Source: Planctomycetota bacterium (GTDB lineage Bacteria; Planctomycetota; UBA8108; UBA1146; JAJFFE01). Taken from it: a stretch of 64,000 nt of DNA. The notes below the pieces were generated by a model. It made no database searches and was not told the DNA's origin. It saw nothing but the letters and a program-made list of their open reading frames with translations. The translations under genes and the position numbers were made by a program. The DNA lies in the NCBI GenBank assembly GCA_021776775.1, contig JAJFFE010000316.1, forward strand, positions 617 through 64,616. Reading direction: 5' to 3'. Every line of letters begins with the position of its first letter. Positions within the stretch are counted from its first letter, which is position 1. Positions 59,220 through 64,000 of the stretch are shown here, in pieces.

Positions 59220-59426
59220 GTCTTGCGACGACGCAGCGATGGGGACGGGTAGTTCGTCAGTCGGATTCCCAGTGGCAATGCCCGCCAAGCGATGACCCTT
59301 GGAAGAACGACGTCCGACTTGATCGCGACCGTTTGGTCGGTCGAGTGGGGACGTACAATGGAGGCTGCCCGACCGAGTGCTTCGTGCACCGTCGGCGCGG
59401 TCAGTTCGTGCTTTGAGAGCGATGGA

Positions 59427-61040
59427 ATGACGCAGTACATCTTCGTCACGGGTGGTGTGGTATCGAGCCTCGGCAAGGGGCTTACTTGTGGTGCGGTGGG
59501 CGCGCTTCTCGAGAGTCACGGTCTTACGGTTGTGATCCAGAAGTTCGACCCCTACATCAACGTCGACCCGGGGACTATGAGCCCCTACCAACACGGAGAG
59601 GTGTACGTCACCGCCGACGGTGCCGAGACCGATCTGGATCTTGGCCACTACGAACGCTTCACCCACGCCAAGTTGACGAAGCACTGCAACATCACGACCG
59701 GCAAGGTCTATGACGCGGTGATTCGTCGCGAGCGTCGCGGCGACTACTTGGGGAGCACCGTGCAGGTGATTCCTCACATCACCGACGAGATCAAGGACGG
59801 CGTGAAGCGGTTGGCGACGAGCGACGTCGACGTCGTGATCACCGAGATCGGCGGGACGGTCGGCGACATCGAGAGCTTGCCGTTTCTCGAAGCGTTGCGT
59901 CAGTTCGGGCACGAGAACGGTCGCGAGAACTGTCTCTACATTCACCTGACACTGCTTCCGTATCTGCGCGCGTCGGGTGAGTTGAAGACCAAGCCGACGC
60001 AGCACTCGGTAGGTCGCCTGCGCGAGATCGGGATCATTCCGGACGTGTTGGTCTGCCGAACCGAGAAACCGATGCCGGAGGGGATGCGCGAGAAGATCTC
60101 CCTGTTCTGCAACGTCCCGGCGAAGGCCGTGCTCGAAGAGAAGGACGTCGACTTCACGATCTACGAGGTGCCATTGATCCTGCGTGCGCAGGGGCTCGAC
60201 CGGATTATTCTCGACCGCTTCGGTATCGAGACACCCGGTAGCAACATGGACGAGTGGATCGCCATGATCGAAAAGATGAAGAGCCCGACCGGTGACGTCG
60301 AGATCGCCGTGGTCGGAAAGTACGTCGAGCTCATGGACTCCTACAAGTCGATCTACGAATCACTAACTCACGCCGGTACGGCCAACTCGGCTCGTGTGCG
60401 CTTCCGTAGGATTCAAGCAGAAGACCTGAGCGACGGTGATCTCGATGCCGCGCTCTCTGGCGTTGACGGAGTGCTGGTTCCGGGCGGGTTCGGCGAGCGC
60501 GGGCTACTCGGGAAGATTCGTACAGCAGGGTACGCCCGCGAGAAGGGGCTGCCGTACTTCGGGATTTGTTACGGCATGCACGCCGCTGTGATCGAGTTTG
60601 CCCGTAACGTGCTGGGCCACGAAGACGCGAGTTCCACCGAAGTGGGAGACACGAGCCATCCGGTGATCACCTTGCTCGATGAGCAGATGAACGTGACGGA
60701 CATGGGCGGTACCATGCGGCTCGGCGCATACCCGTGCACGCTCGTCGACGGGAGCCGGGTACGCGAGGCGTACGGTGTCGAGCAGGTTGACGAGCGACAC
60801 CGCCACCGGTACGAGTTCAACAATGACTACCGTTCGGCGTTCGAAGAAGCGGGCATGACGCTGTCAGGGTTGTCTCCGTCGGGAAAACTCGTCGAAATCG
60901 TCGAGCTCCGCGATCACCCGTGGTTCGTGGCGGTACAGTTCCACCCGGAGTACCAGTCGCGTCCGATCAAACCTCACCCCTTGTTCCGCGACTTTGTCGC
61001 GGCAGCGAAAGCGCACAAGAAGAAGTCCGATGGAAATTAG
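59427..61040 (+). CDS. pyrG: CTP synthase
   Basis: [44 protein letters not shown]. Confidence 0.97.
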   Translation: MTQYIFVTGGVVSSLGKGLTCGAVGALLESHGLTVVIQKFDPYINVDPGTMSPYQHGEVYVTADGAETDLDLGHYERFTHAKLTKHCNITTGKVYDAVIRRERRGDYLGSTVQVIPHITDEIKDGVKRLATSDVDVVITEIGGTVGDIESLPFLEALRQFGHENGRENCLYIHLTLLPYLRASGELKTKPTQHSVGRLREIGIIPDVLVCRTEKPMPEGMREKISLFCNVPAKAVLEEKDVDFTIYEVPLILRAQGLDRIILDRFGIETPGSNMDEWIAMIEKMKSPTGDVEIAVVGKYVELMDSYKSIYESLTHAGTANSARVRFRRIQAEDLSDGDLDAALSGVDGVLVPGGFGERGLLGKIRTAGYAREKGLPYFGICYGMHAAVIEFARNVLGHEDASSTEVGDTSHPVITLLDEQMNVTDMGGTMRLGAYPCTLVDGSRVREAYGVEQVDERHRHRYEFNNDYRSAFEEAGMTLSGLSPSGKLVEIVELRDHPWFVAVQFHPEYQSRPIKPHPLFRDFVAAAKAHKKKSDGN

Positions 61041-61455
61041 GAAGAAGCGCGTCGACGAGGACTGGAAGGTTCAGGCCGAGCGGGAGAAAGAGAAGATCGC
61101 ACTCGAGGAGGAAGCTGCTCGTCGTCGTCGCGAGGGCATCGCCGACGACGTCGACGCCGCAGGCGGGCCTCCGCCGGGAGCGATCCCCCTCATTCCCATC
61201 TTCGAGCAGCTGGGCGCCCAGGCGATGATGGGGCTCGGTCAGGTTCCCGATCGAACCGGGATGCGAGGCTTGGATCTCGACATGGCCCAGTACGCGATCG
61301 ACATGTTGTCGTCGATCGAAGCGAAGACTGCCGGCCGCCTCGACGAGCAGGAAGACCGAGTGCTCACCGAGATGCTGACCGCGCTTCGCGACGCGTACTC
61401 TCAGATCGAGGCCTCCGCAGCTCAGGCTGCACCTCCACCCGACCCCGAAGCGTAG
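61030..61455 (+). CDS. DUF1844 domain protein
   Basis: VDEDWK, QAMMGLG..P, A.YAIDML..IE.KT.G.L...E. Confidence 0.85.
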   Translation: MEIRKKRVDEDWKVQAEREKEKIALEEEAARRRREGIADDVDAAGGPPPGAIPLIPIFEQLGAQAMMGLGQVPDRTGMRGLDLDMAQYAIDMLSSIEAKTAGRLDEQEDRVLTEMLTALRDAYSQIEASAAQAAPPPDPEA

Positions 61456-61591
61456 TACGATCGATCGATCCCGCTCGACCGGTGCGCGCACTTGCGCACC
61501 GCTTTGGCTTCATCGCCAAGGTTGACCCTTCGCGGACACCTGGCGGTCGAGCTATTTCAAGACTTCCACGGCCCGAATAGTGAGCTTTACG

Positions 61592-63547
61592 ATGAACGCC
61601 CGCCGCGACCGTTTCTACGTCACGACACCGATCTACTACGTCAACGACGTTCCACACATCGGTCACGCGTACACGACGATCCTCGCGGACGTCCTGTCTC
61701 GCTACCACCGCTTGCTCGGGGTGCCAACGCACTTTCTCACCGGTAGCGACGAGCACGGGCAGAAGGTGTACGACGCTGCGGCCGCGGCCGGGATCTCTCC
61801 CCAAGAACAGACCGACCGCACGGTGGTGCGCTTCCAAGATCTGTGGAAACGCATCGACATATCCCACGATGATTTCCTTCGCACGACCGAGCCTCGACAT
61901 ACGGCGGTCGTACAAGAGATTCTGCAAGACTTGTTCGACCGCGACGAGATCTACGCCGGGGACTACGAAGGTTGGTACTCGGTCAGCGAAGAGCGGTTCT
62001 ACACTGAGAAAGAGCTGGTCGACGGGAAGAGTCCAGAGGGCAAGCCCGTCGAGAAGATCGTCGAGAAGAACTACTTCTTCCGGATGAGCAAGTATCAAGA
62101 GTGGCTGATCGACCACATCGAGAAACACCCTGAGTTCATTCAGCCGGCGACGCGTCGTAACGAAACACTTGGATACCTCAAGAAGCCGCTCGGTGATCTC
62201 TGCATTTCGCGACCGAAACAGCGTTTGCCGTGGGGCGTCGAGCTGCCGTTCGACGATGGGTACGTCTGCTACGTTTGGTTCGATGCGCTGGTCAACTATA
62301 TCAGTGCTGTCGGTTATCGACGCGACGACGCGCAGTTCGAGAAATGGTGGCCGGCGGACTACCACTTGGTTGGCAAAGACATTCTGACGACGCACACCGT
62401 CTACTGGCCGACGATGTTGCGAGCGATGGGCCTCGCAATGCCCAAGACCGTCTTCGCGCACGGTTGGTGGCTGGTGAGCGGGGCGAAGATCAGCAAGTCC
62501 GACGGCAATGCCGTCGACCCGATGGACATCATCGATCTCTACGGTGTGGACGCGCTGCGCTACTACCTCATGGCCGAAATGACGTTGGGCCAAGATTCGA
62601 CGTTCACCATCGATGAGGACGGGCAGCCGATCAGCTTCATCAAGCGTTATAACTCGGACTTGGCCAATGATCTCGGCAACATGGTCAGCCGCGTCGTCAC
62701 CATGATTCAGCGGAATTTTGACAGCGTCGTTCCGGCTCCTGGTGAACTCACCGATGACGATCGCGAACTCGAACGCGCGGCGCTGGCCGCTGTCGACGGC
62801 ATGGTTGAGCACCTCGGCGAGATGACTCTCGATCGTGGCTTGTCGAGTGTGCTCGAGGCGGTCCGGGCCGGTAATCGGTACTTCGATCGCACCAAGCCGT
62901 GGGGGCTGGTCAAGTCGGGAGACACCGAACGTCTCGGGACTGTGCTCTACACCGCGGCCGAGTGTCTGCGCATCGTGTCGGGCCTGTTGTTTCCGGTGAT
63001 GCCGACCAAGATGGCGGAGCTTCGCACTGCATTGGGGCTCGGCGACGCGGCGGCGAATCCAAGCTTTGAGCAGCTCGGCCAGTTGGGGACGTTGACCGCC
63101 GGTTCCAAGCTTCCGACGAGCCAGGCGTTGTTTCCGCGGATCGAGCTCAAGAAGGCAAAGAAGACGAAGGAACCCAAGAAGGCGAAGCCCAAAGCGCCCG
63201 CGAAGCCGGTCGAGCTTGCGCCGGGTGTCATCGACGTGCACCAATTCTTCGAGACGAAACTGCGCGTCGCCAAGGTGGTCGAGGCGGTGCCCGTTCCGAA
63301 AGCGGACCGCCTGCTTCAGCTCCAAGTCGATCTCGGTGACGAACGGCGACAGATCGTTGCCGGTATCGCTGAGCACTACTCGGCCGAGGAGATGGTAGGA
63401 AAGCTTGTCGTGGTGGTTTCGAACCTGATGCCAGCCAAGATACGTGGGCTCGAGTCCAACGGCATGTTGCTCGCAGCCAAGGCGGATGGCGTCGTCAAGG
63501 TCGTGACCGTCGATGGTGAGGTCCCGCCGGGGAGCGAGGTCGGCTGA
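61592..63547 (+). CDS. metG: Methionine--tRNA ligase with C-terminal tRNA-binding domain
   Basis: TTPIYYVN..PHIGH, TGSDEHGQK, YVWFDAL, KISKS, Trbp111-like RQIVAGI...SNGMLL. Confidence 0.97.
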   Translation: MNARRDRFYVTTPIYYVNDVPHIGHAYTTILADVLSRYHRLLGVPTHFLTGSDEHGQKVYDAAAAAGISPQEQTDRTVVRFQDLWKRIDISHDDFLRTTEPRHTAVVQEILQDLFDRDEIYAGDYEGWYSVSEERFYTEKELVDGKSPEGKPVEKIVEKNYFFRMSKYQEWLIDHIEKHPEFIQPATRRNETLGYLKKPLGDLCISRPKQRLPWGVELPFDDGYVCYVWFDALVNYISAVGYRRDDAQFEKWWPADYHLVGKDILTTHTVYWPTMLRAMGLAMPKTVFAHGWWLVSGAKISKSDGNAVDPMDIIDLYGVDALRYYLMAEMTLGQDSTFTIDEDGQPISFIKRYNSDLANDLGNMVSRVVTMIQRNFDSVVPAPGELTDDDRELERAALAAVDGMVEHLGEMTLDRGLSSVLEAVRAGNRYFDRTKPWGLVKSGDTERLGTVLYTAAECLRIVSGLLFPVMPTKMAELRTALGLGDAAANPSFEQLGQLGTLTAGSKLPTSQALFPRIELKKAKKTKEPKKAKPKAPAKPVELAPGVIDVHQFFETKLRVAKVVEAVPVPKADRLLQLQVDLGDERRQIVAGIAEHYSAEEMVGKLVVVVSNLMPAKIRGLESNGMLLAAKADGVVKVVTVDGEVPPGSEVG

Positions 63548-64000
63548 TGGAGCTTCACATCGACGACCATCCGCTTCTGGACGCTGTTGTCTTCGTCACG
63601 GAGTTTGCCCGACCGTTGGGCGAAATCGAAACGCCCACTCGCATTCTCGAGCTGTTCGCTCTCGATGCCGTCGCGCCCGTTCAGCGCAGCGACGACATTC
63701 GGGCGGCGTCGCGCAATATCCTGCGCCACGGCGGCTATAAGCCGACGGGACGGGGTAAGCCGGCCTCGGAGTATCTGGTCAAGGCGAGTGAGTCCGGCAC
63801 CCTCGAGTCGATCAATCCCGCGGTCGACGTTCTGAACGCGGTCTCCCTCCACAGTGGCATTCCCATCAGCGTCGTCGATCTGAACCTCGCCTCCGAACCG
63901 TTTCGCATCGGTATCGCTGGTGATGATGCGAGCTACGTGTTCAACCCCTCGGGTCAAGAGATCGGACTGAAGGGGCTGCTTTCTCTGCACGACGCGCAGG
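63547..64000 (+). CDS. B3/B4 (PheRS beta-like) domain protein, cut by the window edge
   Basis: TGATG overlap with metG; LRHGGYKPTGRGKPASEYL, INPAVDVLN.VSL.SGIPISVVD. Confidence 0.85.
   Translation, partial: MELHIDDHPLLDAVVFVTEFARPLGEIETPTRILELFALDAVAPVQRSDDIRAASRNILRHGGYKPTGRGKPASEYLVKASESGTLESINPAVDVLNAVSLHSGIPISVVDLNLASEPFRIGIAGDDASYVFNPSGQEIGLKGLLSLHDAQ

Overview
GC-rich bacterial chromosomal window, probably from a Planctomycetota genome. That assignment is inferred from FxRGD...CP dockerin-like C-termini, a membrane-fused ECF sigma factor, a TIGR02999-type ECF with a Ser/Thr kinase, and kdsB-pyrG-DUF1844 synteny. It holds about 50 CDSs; I found no rRNA, tRNA or CRISPR array. Main blocks: (i) 0.6-7.3 kb, an operon of a membrane-spanning ECF sigma factor, an FG-GAP/dockerin-like protein, a stand-alone dockerin-like protein and a triple cohesin-like/dockerin-like scaffold, with no recognisable enzyme domains; (ii) 7.7-11.8 kb, an ECF sigma and Ser/Thr kinase pair; (iii) 12-22 kb, a divergent surface-glycan locus (HAD, GT4, KpsS-like | SDR, ALDH, NeuB-like, NeuA-like, transketolase) suggesting an atypical CMP-ulosonate pathway; (iv) 22.5-24.8 kb, an apparently truncated beta-helix gene next to a RAYT/Y1-like transposase element with a sigma54-like promoter; (v) accessory genes including a tandem pilotin-like pair, a PhoD-like protein and a 15x Ig-repeat adhesin carrying the same dockerin-like tail; (vi) 37.8-64 kb, LPS/EPS and housekeeping genes (GT2, MsbA-like, trmO, CDO, iaaA, xylB, WcaJ-like, queC, kdsB, pyrG, metG). 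All calls come from reading motifs by eye; no database searches were run.
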